Positions 12,599 through 26,371 of a stretch of DNA of 64,000 bases are shown here, in pieces. Made by a program: the position numbers and the translations under genes. Where the stretch lies: contig NC_043011.1 in assembly GCF_006345805.1 (NCBI RefSeq), forward strand, positions 54,448,464 through 54,512,463, given 5' to 3'. This DNA is from Octopus sinensis. Lineage: Eukaryota. The notes beneath the pieces are model-generated. The model saw nothing but the letters and a program-made list of their open reading frames with translations, was not told the DNA's origin and did not search any database. The stretch's first letter is position 1, and each line of letters starts with the position of its first letter.

Positions 12599-13240
12599 AT
12601 GCGTGTTTGTGTGTCTGAGTTTGTCCCCCAACATCACTTGACAACTGATGCTGGTGTGTTTACGTCCCCGTAACTTAGCAGTTCGGCAAAAGAAATCGAT
12701 AGAATAAGTACTAGGCTTACAAAGAATAAGTCCTGGGGTTGATTTGCTTGACTAAAAGCGGTGCTCCAGCATGGCCGCAGTCAAATGACTGAAACAAGTA
12801 AAAGAGTAATGGTTATAATTTAAATCACTTCAAAGCAGCAAGTCTATATCAAAGAACCATGGACAGTCTCAGGCAGATTGGTGTCAAAACAGTTGAGGCT
12901 GTTGTGACCTTTATTAATTTCCCAGACAAGCCAAGAGTCTTATTTGTTCCTTAAAGTTTTATGATTCATTCACACTATTTCTTCAAGTGGCAGAATACCT
13001 CACATTTCTAAAAAGGATTGTGTAACATTCATGCCTCTCTGCAAGTCATTAGTAAGGCATGTGAAACATGTCTACTTCTATTGTAGCATCCCACATATGT
13101 AATACAATTAGTTGAAAAACTTCAATCAATTAAGAGTATCCAAGCAATTTTTAGTCAAAACCTCTAGGGGTGTTTAAAATATAAAAATGATGACTAAAAA
13201 TAACTCAAATTCCATTTCTGTATATGCTGTTTATTCTTAA

Positions 13241-13462
13241 CCCTTTCGTTACCAACCCTGCTGAAACCGGCTCTGGCTCTGTAGGAGAAATGTCCTGTTT
13301 TCATAAGTTTTGAATTAAAATCTTCCACCAAACCTTAGTCACAATTTATGTTTCCAACACTAGCTGAATGATAACTAAGTTATTTTACTAAACTCTTTGT
13401 TATATTTAAAATAATTGTAAGAAACACAGAGCATCTCAATATTAAATATGGTAACGAAAGGG
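13241..13462. mobile_element. piggyBac-type MITE (222 bp)
   Basis: TIR ccctttcgttacca / tggtaacgaaaggg with TTAA on both sides. Confidence 0.88.
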
Positions 13463-14872
13463 TTAAACAACAAAAAATTGCCAAACATCTAATGCAACTG
13501 TTTTACAAATGGGACACCGAATATATGACTACACCCTCTTCTCAACTTACGACCATCTGCACTTATCTCTTTTACTTTGTTTCAGGCATTTGACTGCGGC
13601 CATGCTGGAGCACCGCCTTTAGTCGAGCAAATTGATCCCAGGACTTATTCTTTGGAAGCCTAGGACTTATTCTATCGGTCTCTTTTGCCAAACCACTAGG
13701 CTACATTATCCAAAGCATCCTTTCACTGTTAAGACCGTTAGGTGTGATATAAATGAGATCTGGCAGCTATGTATGACAGGTTGTACAACTTGGTTACTCC
13801 TCAGATGGATAAAACCGTTGGACAGTGAAAAGAAGAGTCAAGTAACTTCACCAAGATATTATAAACAAAGAAACATAAAGTCAAGTGAAAGATTTGCGAT
13901 ACAAAATTTTTCAAACTCTATGGAATAATACTGTTTCTGCAAGTACAAGAGGAGACAATTTCTGGCATGTTTCTATTTTATTAGTCTTCCTCAGTAAACA
14001 GGAGACTTCAGTAATGATGAGAAAATCCCAAAATAATTACACAACATATACCAATAGCTGCAACAAAGGCAAAACCATTCTAAGAAATTACAGTCAGGGG
14101 ACTCCATCCACTTGATCTAGTTCGAGCGAACATGTTTAATGTGGGGCAGGATAAAAGAGTTAACTCGAGAAATATTGGAAAATTACATTCGTTTCTTTTT
14201 CATTTTGTTTTCTTTACTAAGTAGAATTTAATGACCTTTAGGGATAATTCTAGTTTAGTGTTAGATGAGTGGAAGATCAAAGCAAAACCATTAAGCCCAG
14301 CCTTAACATAGAAATCTTTAGCAAATAGCAATTGCTTGGGATAAATTCTCTGAATGATTACAACAATTAAGGTTGCAGAGGAAGCTGGTAGTCTTATAAT
14401 GACTTCTACATTAGAGGTGGTGGCAGTGGTATGTATATCATGATAGGATGACTTTGTATTGGATCTGTCCCTATTCCATCCACACTCCTTTACTGCTAGT
14501 CATTTCCTGCTCCTCTCCTTCTCTATCCCAGTATTTGCTCCTCTATCCTTTATTACTGACATTCATAACTATCCATGACTCCCAGTCCCTGTGAACCATC
14601 CATCTTCATTCACTCATTGTTGAATTCCTTCATTCTCTCTCACCACACCACTCACTCTGTTTGTATCCAACCTCTTTACCAACAAATATCATGTAGCTGT
14701 CTATGACTCTTTCTTCTCTCTGTGCATTCTCCCCTGTGTATGTTTCATCATTCTCTCTTCAGTGTACAGCAGAAGAAACTCTTCAGTTTTGCCAGAAGCA
14801 ACACAATCTTTCTAGTGATGGTGGTGCCAGAATAAAAACGCACCCAGTAGACCCTGTGAAGCCAGACAGGCA

Positions 14873-15042
14873 GATAGACAGACAGACAGACAGACTGACA
14901 GTTAGATAGACAGACAGATAGTCAGATAGATAGACAGACAGATAGTCAGATAGATAGACAGACAGTTAGATAGACAGACAGATAGTCAGATAGATAGATA
15001 GACAGACAGGCAAACAGACAGACAGACAGACAGATAGACAGA
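14873..15042. repeat. (GACA)n/(GATA)n tetranucleotide microsatellite
   Basis: Seen directly. Confidence 0.9.
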
Positions 15043-15451
15043 TATGTGTGTGTCTTTGTGCTTGATTTATCTCCACCACTGCTTGACAAGTGTTTACAGT
15101 AGTTCAGCAAAAGTGACCAATAAAATAAGACCCAAACTTTAAGCGAAATAAGGAAATAAGTAATGAGTACCGGCTTAAGCCATTTGTTTGATTGAACTCT
15201 TCAAGGTGGCACCCTTATAACCCGAGTGAAAGATAACAGATAAACACAACACACACACACAAGAACAGATTTCATGGACAATCCTAAACTTGAGGAAGTT
15301 ATCAACAATGTTGGTTGTCAGATAAGACTCCAGTGTGACACACAAAACATAATTTATTGGAAGACACAACAACAGAAATGAAAAACAAAAAAAATCCTGT
15401 TAAAGGAGGAAATTTGGGGCTTTTTCACTTTGGCAAAATGGCTACGTTTAA

Positions 15452-15676
15452 CCCTTTGACTTTCAGGTTTTCCTGTCAAATGTAAAGCTCATTTATCCAC
15501 GTTGTTCTAAATTAAGCATGCATTATCTTATAGCTTCGAGAGTTCAATAAGTAATGTGATTGTTGTATTTTTAGAATGACATTGTAGGTTAGGTGCGAGA
15601 GGTCAGATCTCTCTGGTCTAAACATAAAACAGATCAAATATTTGGGCTGTATATGGCCAGTTTAAATGCTAAAGGG
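15452..15676. mobile_element. piggyBac-type MITE, second family
   Basis: TTAA|cccttt ... ctaaaggg|TCAA; homologous to 17131-17351. Confidence 0.7.
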
Positions 15677-17130
15677 TCAAACAGCCCACATTCTCTTCAT
15701 TCATGGGAATTTCTCATGACATCCATCAATGGCAGAGACTTAGGAGTAATTGGTGACAATGGCTCCAGCTGGAGCAACCCATATCAACAACACAGCGAAC
15801 ATGACCTACAGGGCTGAACTCTTTGACTGCTTAATACTTTCTGGCCCAGTCAGCTAAATGGTATTACTATCCTTCGTTTTCTAATTTACAAAGTACCACA
15901 CAGATTACTGTTACTTTATGAGGTCACCACATACCAAACAAAACATTATGAGAACTGAAGCACCTCAAGGGCATTGCGAAAATACAAAATAAAAGTTAAA
16001 AATTAAATAGTATGACAGGCTTTGATTACTGGGATCAGGCCTTCATTACTGGGATCAGGCCTTGAGTACTGGGCTCAACTCAAAACACTCAAACTCTATT
16101 AAGTTGCCATAAATACCATATCATTTGGACAATGTGGAAAATATACCATCAACATTGTTTAGATTCTCAAATTGGGTTCACATGGCCCTTGAGGGTCCAT
16201 ATAAGATTTTGCTGCTAAATCTTATGTGCAATACATTTGTTATGCTTCCACAATGCACAAAATATTTGGTAAGATTTTCATACAATTCCTAATAATTGGG
16301 TGAAGACAGGTGCATTAATAAGTGCTGAGCTGTAATTGTGGAAGGGGTAGACCCAGGAGGATGTGGAGCAAAATAGTGAGAAAGGATCTTCAGAAGCTGG
16401 GCCTCACTGAGGAAAAGACAAGGGACCAGGAGATGTAGTGATTTGCTGAACTCAATAAGACATGTCCAGCTAAGTAAACTCGTTGTCTTCCACACATACA
16501 GACTTGACCTTTCAGGTGCCAGTGCCACTTAAAAAGCACCCATCCTGGTGCTGTGGTAAAGCACCCATGCCAGTACTGCAGTAACACACCTATGCCAGTG
16601 GCACATAAAAAGCACCCAGCACACTCTGCAAAGTGGTTGGCATCAGGAAGGGCATCCAGCTGTAGAAACCATGCCACAACAGACAGCCGGAGTTTGGACA
16701 GCTCTCTCTTAGTCAGTTCCATGTCAAACCATCCAACTCATGCCAGCATGGAGAGCAGACATTAAACGATATAAAAGTATAATGGGGCTGTTTTTAAAAC
16801 TTCAAATGTCTATGGGGGTCCAGCAGAGTAGAACAGGAATTAAAGGGGTCCACAGGGAACAAAAATCGTTGAGGACCACAGGTTTAAATGATGTTAGCAA
16901 CAAGTTCTAAAATCACCCAAGACTGGGGCCCTGTACAGTATGTCTGCTAGGTATTCTGTATGATGTGCTTTCAATTCGGCAAACTCACCATCTTTTCAAC
17001 AAAGCTAGGAAGAAAAAGATCTTGTAACATCAGACTAAAAATTCCAGATAAACCACTGATAACTGGTAACATTTTAGTCAGCATCAGCTTCCTACTCAAG
17101 TGTCTTATAATGCCACAAAATATGGCTTAA

Positions 17131-17351
17131 CCCTTTAGTGTTTGCATTATTCTGCCAAAATTAATCCTTTTTTATCCACATTTATTTGAACTAATCAGGC
17201 ATTATCTTGGTGCTATGAGATTTTGATGAGGTAGCTGTTAATTTTTAAAATGATATTGTAGGGTTGGTGTGAGAGACCAGATCTGGCCAGTTTGAACATA
17301 AAACAGGCAGAATACTTTTGGCTGGACATGGTTAGTTTAAATGCTAAAGGG
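17131..17351. mobile_element. piggyBac-type MITE (221 bp)
   Basis: TTAA|ccctttag ... ctaaaggg|TTAA. Confidence 0.85.
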
Positions 17352-17412
17352 TTAAATGACTTCACCAGCTGATGAAGACGTGAGCCATTAGAGCCTAAAA
17401 GCAAGGTTTATA

Positions 17413-17713
17413 TCTATATATATAAAACTGAAGTTGTGTGGTGTCTGTCTCCTATGATTTAGATTCCTAACTACTCCCACATTTTGCGGTGCAGTTTAAC
17501 CAAAAGCGGGTATCTTATAGTCGTGATTCATATTGAGCCCTTCTGGGTATTAGCGCGCGTCTACGATGAGTCTACGATTTAAAAAAAATTTACCATAATT
17601 TTTTTCCATTTTTAATGCATTTTTTTGCTATTATATAAGGGAAGTAACTCTCTAAAAATGCTTATATAGTTATTTCCCTTACAAACCCGAGCAACGCCGG
17701 GCGATACTGCTAG
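17413..17713 (+). mobile_element. Non-autonomous Helitron (301 bp)
   Basis: 5' TCTATATATATAAAA, subterminal hairpin cccgagcaacgccggg, 3' CTAG, inserted between A and T with no TSD. Confidence 0.88.
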
Positions 17714-19217
17714 TTATTAATAAAAAAACAAAGCTTCCCACCACAGACAATACTTCAAAACTAAAGATGATAGATGATGTTTAACCCCCGTTTAACATTA
17801 ATCCAGCAAAACCGTCATCAAAGGTAATGGGTCTTTCGGTTTTTTAAGGTGGTGGAGAGTAATTTGAAATTTGAGAGACATTCAGCTGCTATTTCTAGCA
17901 GGCTCAGTGATCGAGTACGAGCTCTCTCATTGGCTCAATGTCTATCTAGTAATGCAAAATTCTAAGTAATGTCCGTGAGAGGTGTGGCATGTGTATATGT
18001 ACATGATGTCAGTGACAAGTGTGACCTCCTGTGTGATGCTAATTGACGTGTGTGTGTGAGTGTGTGTGTAAAGTCAAGGACAGACACGGTATATGATAGC
18101 AGTCTTAGCAGTAATTATGGATAATAATGGTGATGATGATGACGTCAACAATAAGGATAGTGCTGAGTATACTGCATAAAGTTATAATGACATGACAATA
18201 AAAAACACAAAACTGACATACAGACACACAGACAGACTGTAAATAAATGTTTTAAAAACAACAGAAATTTTTAAAATATGTAGTTTAACCCTTATTTGAA
18301 CTCACAATCTCTGCAAATAAGCTATTATATTCCAGAGTGAGATGGTTGTTCTTCCTACAACAGACACCAACACCACCACCACTAGCAGTAACAAGTACAC
18401 TACCACCGTCACCCCTAATAACAACACCTACACCACCATCGACAACACTACCTATTCCTTTACTACCCACAAGGGGCTAAACACAGAGAGGACAAACAAG
18501 GACAGACAAACGGATTAAGTCGATTATATCAACCCCAGTGCATAACTGGTACTTAATTTATTGACCCCAAAAGGGTGAATGGCAAAGTCGATCTCGGCAG
18601 AATTTGAACTCAGAATGTAGCGGCAGACAAAATACCGCTAAGCATTTCGCCCGGCATGCTAACGTTTCTGCCAGCTCGCCGCCTTATCAACAACACTACC
18701 ACCACCACCAAAACCACAAACATTATCACCAACAACAACGACCCCCACCCCCACTAACATTCCTATCACCAACCCCCATCGTGACCAAACCACACCCATC
18801 ACTACAAGACCACCACCACCACCACCATCATCATCACAGACCCAGATAAGAAGCAATCTTCGAGACTTAAAAACTAAGGTTGCCTTGTTGATTATCAAAC
18901 AAAGATGTCTTTCAAACACAGAAAAAGGTATTGAAGAGAATGAGTGGTGGTTGGAGGAGATGACTGATGGAAAGGGTAGGTTTCTAGCGTATTACTGGTA
19001 CGAGAATGATTGCAGGAGGTGTTTGATGGAAAGCAGGTTTCAGACAGACTTCATGTTTTCTCCAACTGCAACAACAACAACAACAGAAACAAGAACAACA
19101 ACAACAGCAGCAACAATAACGGTAACAACAACATAATTGATGTAATTAGTGTGGCATTAAGTAATTATAGGACTTAACTAAGAGAGAAACTAGCACTTTA
19201 TTGGACGGAACTAATGG

Positions 19218-19390
19218 TGTGTCTGACGGAATTAGCAGAGTGTCTGACAGAACTGACAATATGTCTGACAGAATTGCTAGTTTGTCTGACAGAATGGGCA
19301 TTGTGTTTGACAGAATTGACAGTTTATCTGACGTAATTGGAAATATGTCTATCAGAATTGGCAGTGTGTCTGATTGAATTGGCATTTTGG
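19218..19390. repeat. 21-bp minisatellite, ~8 copies
   Basis: Unit approximately gtgtctgacagaattggcagt. Confidence 0.85.
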
Positions 19391-20731
19391 TATGATGCAG
19401 AAAGGACCGAGTGCACTCTGATAAATGGTTGGTGTTAGAAAAAGGCATCCAGTCATAGAAACCATGCCAAAGAAGACATTGGAGTTTGGCACAGTCGTCT
19501 GGGTTGCCAGCTGCAGTCAAACTGTCCAACCCATGCCAGCATGGAAAATGGATGTTAAACAGTGACAATGATGGTGATGATGATGATGATGATGATGTTG
19601 ATGAGTTGTGACATGCTCTTGTAATCCAGCTAGAAAGAATCTTGGTTGATTTCGAAATGGGAAGCTTGGTAAGTTGATCTTCTATTGTGAACAGATGTCC
19701 GTGGTGAGCTTGTCATGAAGGTAGTGCTGGTAAGGATGCTCCCCCAGCACCAGATTCACTTCCTTGACAGCAGCAGGGCATATTTCAGCTGATTCTGACT
19801 TGAAGAATTGAGTTTGTTGGAGAAAAGAAAAAAAAATGTCTTTGTGAAGTAAGGAGAAATTTGCACTGAAACACCTTTGCAACTATCAGACTAAAATACT
19901 TCTAATACTGGCATCAGACTCCTGCAGCAGCAACAACACCATCATCATCATCATCATCCCCACAAGCAACAACAACAACTGCAATGAAAACCTAGTTTCA
20001 TGTGAAATATAAATTTAAGAATAGAATATGAAACAGATACTTGAGTTAACAGATGATCTGAGAGATTTCTCAAACACCTCTTCAGGTTCTGAATTCAATT
20101 CGTCCTTCAGCAGTTTGGATTTGGTTTGTTTCTCTTTCCAAAGTTCAGTTCCATGGCACAGCCATATTGCAAACCAAAAGACTAATTCCTAACAAGTAAC
20201 TAAATTACTCTGGCATGGAAGGAATAAACAGTGGTAGAATGAGACTAAAAATAACATAGAACTGTGGATGAGAGGTGGTGAGAGTAGATACTTAAATGGA
20301 ATATCAGTTACCATCAGTTCTACATTCTACTATAAGTTCACCACCAGATGAGACTAAAAACTAAAACAGACTAAAAGGGAAAAGGAAAGACAAATAAAAC
20401 AAGGTATTATTGAGATGATAATCGGAGATAAAGAAATATTGTATGTGTGTGTATCTCGGTGATAAATTTACAAAATAAAAATTTAGAAAAAAAGAGAAAA
20501 AATATATACAATTTGGTTTGAGAATAGGACTGGAACTGAAATAATATCTTTTTAAAATCATTATCACCACCCATGACCATCACTACCAACACCCGCTTCC
20601 TCACAACCTCCAATGTTACCCATCATTGTCATCATCATCAACAACACCACTACCACCACTACCACAACCACGATTCATTAATTACCACAGCCACCACCAC
20701 CACCAACACCACCACCATTAATAACAACACT

Positions 20732-20764
<33 letters not shown>

Positions 20765-21753
20765 GGCGTCTGCGTCAAAAGGAGGTTTTATGTTGCTTGT
20801 TTCTTTGATATCAGTCCTAAAGCTGGACACAAAGTCTCCACACCATTATCGTAACGCATTCAGACACTGGTGTAGAACTCGGCGGCAAACAATCAGCTAA
20901 GTAATTCTCATTTCTCATTTCGCTATTCCTCACACAACGCAGAACTAAAACAATCATTTCTTGTGATCTAAGTTACAAGCAATTACTGTCTTTTCACTTC
21001 CTGCAGAACTCGACCAGTTTCTCAACTGGGACCATATTTTCCGGCATACAAGTCAATGTAGTGCATAGTGTAAACCTGCAGCATAAACATTCAAACTGCA
21101 TTACTATATGTCCAAACCCTGCTGCATTTCATAGCAGACAATATTTACTGATAACACTGAATGTTGTGCAGTGGGGAGGTACAGGTTTAAAAGCGTTGCT
21201 GAAGGAGTAGATCCTTGTGTTACACCATTTAAGTTGTCATCATCATCATCGCCGCCACCATATTAGCACTAATTTTTCCATGCTTGCATGAGTCAGATAC
21301 AGTTTATTCAAGCAAATTTTCTACGACTGGATGCCCTTCCTGTCACCAACCCTCACCTGTTTCCAAATAAGATAATAACTTCCCCATGGACAGACAGGTC
21401 TTCATAGAAGATTGGAAATGAAGGACACTGCTTCCATGGAGCCTGGTGCAGCTGTCTGGTTCGCTAGTCCTCAGTCAAATCGTCCAACCCATGCTAGCAT
21501 GGAAAGCAGGCGTTAAACGATAATGATGATATATATATATAAATATATATATGTATATATATGTGTGTGTGTGTATGACAGATTTCTTTCAGTTTCTGCC
21601 TAACAAATCCACTTACAAGGCTTTGGTTGGCTCAATGCAATGGTAGAAAACACTCTCCAAAGGTGCCATGTAGTGGAACTGAACCCAGAACCATGTTACA
21701 GGGAAGCAAACTTCTTACCACACAGCCACACACTCATATGTATGTATGTATGT

Positions 21754-21792
<39 letters not shown>

Positions 21793-21804
21793 GAGTGGAC
21801 GAAC

Positions 21805-22240
21805 ATAAGAAGGGCCCTTTAGAAGGATCCTGCCTTTTAAGGGCCATAGTATACAGAGCCACCCTTACACCATCCAATGGCATTACTAGGCATTATACAG
21901 GTATGACTGCTAATGCCTTCAAGAGAAGATACTCCCAACACATGCACTCGTTCAGATCCAGGGACAGAGAGAACACTACTTCCTTGTCTCGTTTTCTCTG
22001 GAGACCCTGTGACCTCTCAGATGAAACACCCAGCCTAAAGTGGATTATTTTCAACAGAGTGCCACCATATTCACCTGGCGCCCCCAACTACCAGCTCTGC
22101 CTCCACGAAAATCTGCATATCCTCCAACAACGCGCAGTATCCATCAACAAGAAATATGATTTATCTTATTGCTGTCACCAGAGGTATGCCCTTCTGGCAA
22201 ATTTCAAACCTCTCACTACTGACAACCTGGATATACCAAC
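21805..22240 (+). mobile_element. Penelope-like GIY-YIG endonuclease remnant
   Basis: GPLEGSCLLRAIVYRA..HYTGMTANAFKRRYSQHMHSF..LKWII..QLCLHE..INKK..CCHQR follows the PLE C-terminal endonuclease pattern. Confidence 0.8.
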
Positions 22241-22502
22241 TTAGTCCCAAGTGCTTCTCTGCACCAAGGTCACCATCACCAACCAACCAACCCCATGAGA
22301 AGGACCACCAATTACTAATCTCCAACGCTTACCAATCCCCAATGCTTGTTATGCGTATGTATACTCATGCATGCATGCACGAGTACGTATTTGCACATGC
22401 ACACTAATATACAAGCTACTTACCACGCAGTGGGAGTGAACCCAGAACCATGTGGTTAGGAAGCAAGCTTCTTACCACAGCAGCCTAAACTCACTTATGT
22501 AT

Positions 22503-22535
<33 letters not shown>

Positions 22536-23494
22536 ATGGGATTCTTTCAGTTTCCATCTACCAAATCCATTCACAAGGCTTTGGTTGGCCTGGGGCTGTA
22601 ATAGAAAGTACTTGTCCAAGGTGCCATGCAGTGGGACTGAACCCAGAACCATGTGGTTAGGAAGCAAGCTTCTTACCACACAGCCCACACTCACATACAC
22701 ACACACACACATAATGGGCTTCTTTCAGTGTCCATCTACCAAATCCGCTCACAAGGCTTTGGATGGCCTGGGGCTACAGTAGAAAGCACAAGTGCAAGGT
22801 GCCACGCAGAGAGGCAGAAACACTGAAACTCAATACCTATTTCCTTATTACCCACAAAGGGCTAAACATAGAGGGCACAAACAAGGACAGACATAGGTAT
22901 TATGTCGATTACATCGACCCCAGTGCGTAACTGTACTTAATTCATCGACCCCGAAAGGATGAAAGGCAAAGTCGACCTCGGCGAATTTGAACTCAGAACG
23001 TAACGGCAGACGAAGTACCGCAAAGCAATTCGCCTGGCGTGCTAACGCTTCTGCTAGCTCGCCGCCTTAATACCCTGTAGCTGGGAAACTCAATACCCTG
23101 TAGCTGGGAAGCAAACTTTTTACCACAAAGTCACACCTTTATTTGTAATACATGTGTCTGTTCTAATTCAAACCATCTGCTTCGCACATACACACCACTA
23201 CGCTCACTCAGCACCGATGTCCAATCAGTATGTAAGTAAATACAGTTAACACACACTTCTTCTGACATATCTTAACCAAATACTCACGGCTGCACTACTA
23301 TCAATTAGATAGCAGCCAGAATTTAGCCTTGTTTTTTTTATAGTCTTTTTTTCATGTATTTCATTTTATACGTGTTTCTCTCTCTCTCTCTCTCTCTCTC
23401 TGTTTATTTGTTTAACTTGTGTCAAGTAAAATTACAAACTTTAAATAAACATCATTAACTGAAAACGTCAATAAGGAATTAAACACAGTCTACA

Positions 23495-23569
<75 letters not shown>

Positions 23570-23597
23570 GTATACACATATATATGTATATGCATAT

Positions 23598-23657
<60 letters not shown>

Positions 23658-23669
23658 ATATGTATATAT

Positions 23670-23727
<58 letters not shown>

Positions 23728-23734
23728 ATATATA

Positions 23735-23773
<39 letters not shown>

Positions 23774-24096
23774 ATTAGGTGCAAGTGTGGCTGTGTGGTA
23801 AGAAGTATGTTTCCCAACCATATGGTTCCAGATTCAGTCTTGTAGCACAGGTGTCTTCCACTATAGCGCCGGGACGACCAAAGACCTGTGAATGCATTTG
23901 GAAGACAGAAATGGACAGAAGCCCAACATGTAGGTGCAGGCGTGGTTGTGTGGTAAGAAGCTTGTGTGCTAGCCACATCGTTCCAGGTTCAGTCCCACTA
24001 GGTGGCACCTTGGGCAGAGTATCTTCTACAATAGTCCCAGGCTGACCAAAGCGTTGTGAGTGGATTTAGTAGATGGAAACTGAAAGAAGTCCATCA

Positions 24097-24137
<41 letters not shown>

Positions 24138-24161
24138 TAATAGACACAATAAATGTTTTAT

Positions 24162-24216
24162 GTGCTACTGATAGTTCCATATGTTGAGAAATACCTCAAA
24201 CATACTCATCAGGCAC
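24162..24216 (-). ncRNA. Type I hammerhead motif with one core substitution
   Basis: GUGC CUGAUGA GUAUG-UUUGAG-loop-CUCAA-CAUAU GGAA CU-AUC-AG UA GCAC; GAAA reads GGAA. Confidence 0.6.
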
Positions 24217-24327
24217 AAGCCATGTATCATGATGAGCTAAAAATTGAAAGAGAGAGGAAGCACAAAAAGTTGAGAAGGTTAAAAATGGAAAACAAAAAAG
24301 TAAAAATTAATAAGTAGAAAAGCCTAC

Positions 24328-25150
24328 ATGTGTAGGCTCAAAAGAAATGAAGCTAGCATGATCCGCTGGATGTGTAATGTCAGTAGCCATGCACGACAGA
24401 GTGTAAGCGCCCTGAGAGAAATGTTGGGCATAAGAAGCATCAGATGCAGTGTGCAGGAGAGACGTTTGTGTTGGTATGGTCATGTACTACGGATGGATGA
24501 GGAGAGATGTGTGAAGAAGTGCCACTCCCAAACTGTTGAAGGAATCCGGGGTAGAGGTAGACCCAGGAAGACATGGGATGAGGTGGTCAAGCATGACCTT
24601 CGTATGTTGGGCCTCACAGAGGCTATGACGAAAAACCGAGACCTCTGGAGATATGCTGTGACTTCGAAGACCCAACAAATGAAGTGAGTTCATGGCTCGC
24701 AGGACGGCCTGCAGTGCTAACCTTGGATCGTAGAGTGACTCACTGTTCTTGAGGAGACCTATTGAGTCATGTATGTCAACACTAACATCAAAGTAAAAAT
24801 CAAATGGAAATTGTAGCTAAGATACCCATGCCGGTGAAATGTAAAAAGCATCATCCAAATGTAGCTGATGCTAGCGCCGCCTTGACTGGCGTCCGTGTCA
24901 GTGTCACATAAAAAGCACCAACCGATCATGGCAGTTTGCCAGCCTCCTCTGGCCCCTGTGCCGGTGGCACATAAAAAGCACCAACTACACTCACGGAGTG
25001 GTTGGTGTTAGGAAGGGTATGCAGCTGTAGAAACACTGCCAGATCAGACTGGAGCCTGGCACAGACTCCTGGCTTCCCAGACCCCAGTCGAACCGTCCAA
25101 ACCATGCTAGCATGGAAAACGGACGTTAAACGATGATGATGATGATGGTG
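24328..25150 (+). mobile_element. 5'-truncated RTE-clade LINE: RT C-terminus, 3' UTR and (GAT)n tail
   Basis: EASMIRWMCNVS..QERRLCWYGHVLRM..GRGRPRKTWDEVVKHDL..NRDLWR is a typical RTE C-terminus; the UTR equals family D. Confidence 0.92.
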
Positions 25151-25201
<51 letters not shown>

Positions 25202-25559
25202 TACATACATACATACATACATACACTAACAAACTAACATGCACCACTAACTATCCAACCATCACTAGCCAAACGCAGCAAGTACATACACACCACACAC
25301 ACACACACACGCAATACAATCAGACAAGACAAACACACTTCTGCATTCACACATACACACGCATAACAGACAGAAACACACACACACACATAAACACACA
25401 ACACTAAATGAACCATGCATGCACAAAACTACTTCTCCAAGTTTCTCACGCACACACACACACACATACACGTACACACACATGTACACACACGTCTGCC
25501 CTTGTATTCATTAAAACACTTCATTTATGCAAATCATCTCGGCCAACAAATGCTTTCTA

Positions 25560-25870
25560 CTCTGTTTCTTTTGAATATGTCTAAATGTCTTGTCAGTGGG
25601 AGATAAGGTGGGACAACCGTCCTCTTGTCTTCCAACAATCAGTCTTTTCCTCAATGGCATGTCAATCATGGAGAACTGGAGAACTCTTCATTCGGGAGAT
25701 AATGTCATCTTCTTAGTCTGAATTGGTGCCAACTGCCACCAAGTGATTGTTCTACCTTCCCAAGAAGTGGAGATAATTTCCAGAAACCAAGAATCTGTTT
25801 TGTATGGTATTTAATAAATCTATCTTCATCATAGTTGTTCAGATTCATGCTGCTGACCACTCTAGCTATT
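25560..25870 (-). mobile_element. Highly decayed RTE-like LINE fragment
   Basis: Fragmentary frames HTKQIL..KLSPL..KVEQ, DDIIS and KTRGR resemble an RTE C-terminus. Confidence 0.4.
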
Positions 25871-25888
25871 TTCCTTAACTCATTTTCG

Positions 25889-25930
<42 letters not shown>

Positions 25931-26027
25931 CGGGAAGATTTATGAAAATAAACAAAAGACGAAGGCAGGTGGAGTACAAACAAACAAATGTATTAGTATG
26001 GTGCTCAGGAATAGAAATAAAACAAGT

Positions 26028-26063
26028 CTTTTACGTTTCGAGCCTACGCTCTTCGACAGAAAG
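26028..26063 (-). ncRNA. Minimal hammerhead motif, core variant CUGUCGA
   Basis: CUUU CUGUCGA A GAGC-GUAG-GCUC GAAAC GUA AAAG. Confidence 0.65.
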
Positions 26064-26256
26064 ATACACAGAAAAGAAACTAGGAGAGAAACAAGGAGAG
26101 AAAAAAATTGCGTGTAGGGGCTAACGATCCACCATGGATATATATACATATATATATATATATATAAAGTTAATCCAAACATGAAAACACAACAACATGA
26201 GGACATGGAACAAGTATAGTATTATTGGACGCTCAGGAAAGAAGGAAAGAACGAGG

Positions 26257-26291
26257 GTTTAACGTTTCGAGTGGAGCTCTTCGTCAGAAAC
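26257..26291 (-). ncRNA. Minimal hammerhead motif with intact core
   Basis: GUUU CUGACGA A GAG-CUCCA-CUC GAAAC GUU AAAC. Confidence 0.75.
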
Positions 26292-26371
26292 ATAGGAAAA
26301 GGAAAGATCCAAAGAAGGGAAGACGGTGGAAAAAAAAAAATCACCAATGGTACACACGCGGTCACATTTTG

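Noticed and set aside
14742-14762. CUGAAGA..GAAAC hammerhead-like hit (similar hits at ~20065, ~40727, ~42133)
   Set aside because: No stem II or stem I pairing.
15700-15800. RDLGVIGDNGSSWS peptide
   Set aside because: Possibly a very decayed CR1/L2 RT scrap, but too short to annotate.
21000-21045. Minus-strand PENM..EF peptide
   Set aside because: No acceptor AG before the Pro codon and the spacing is wrong.
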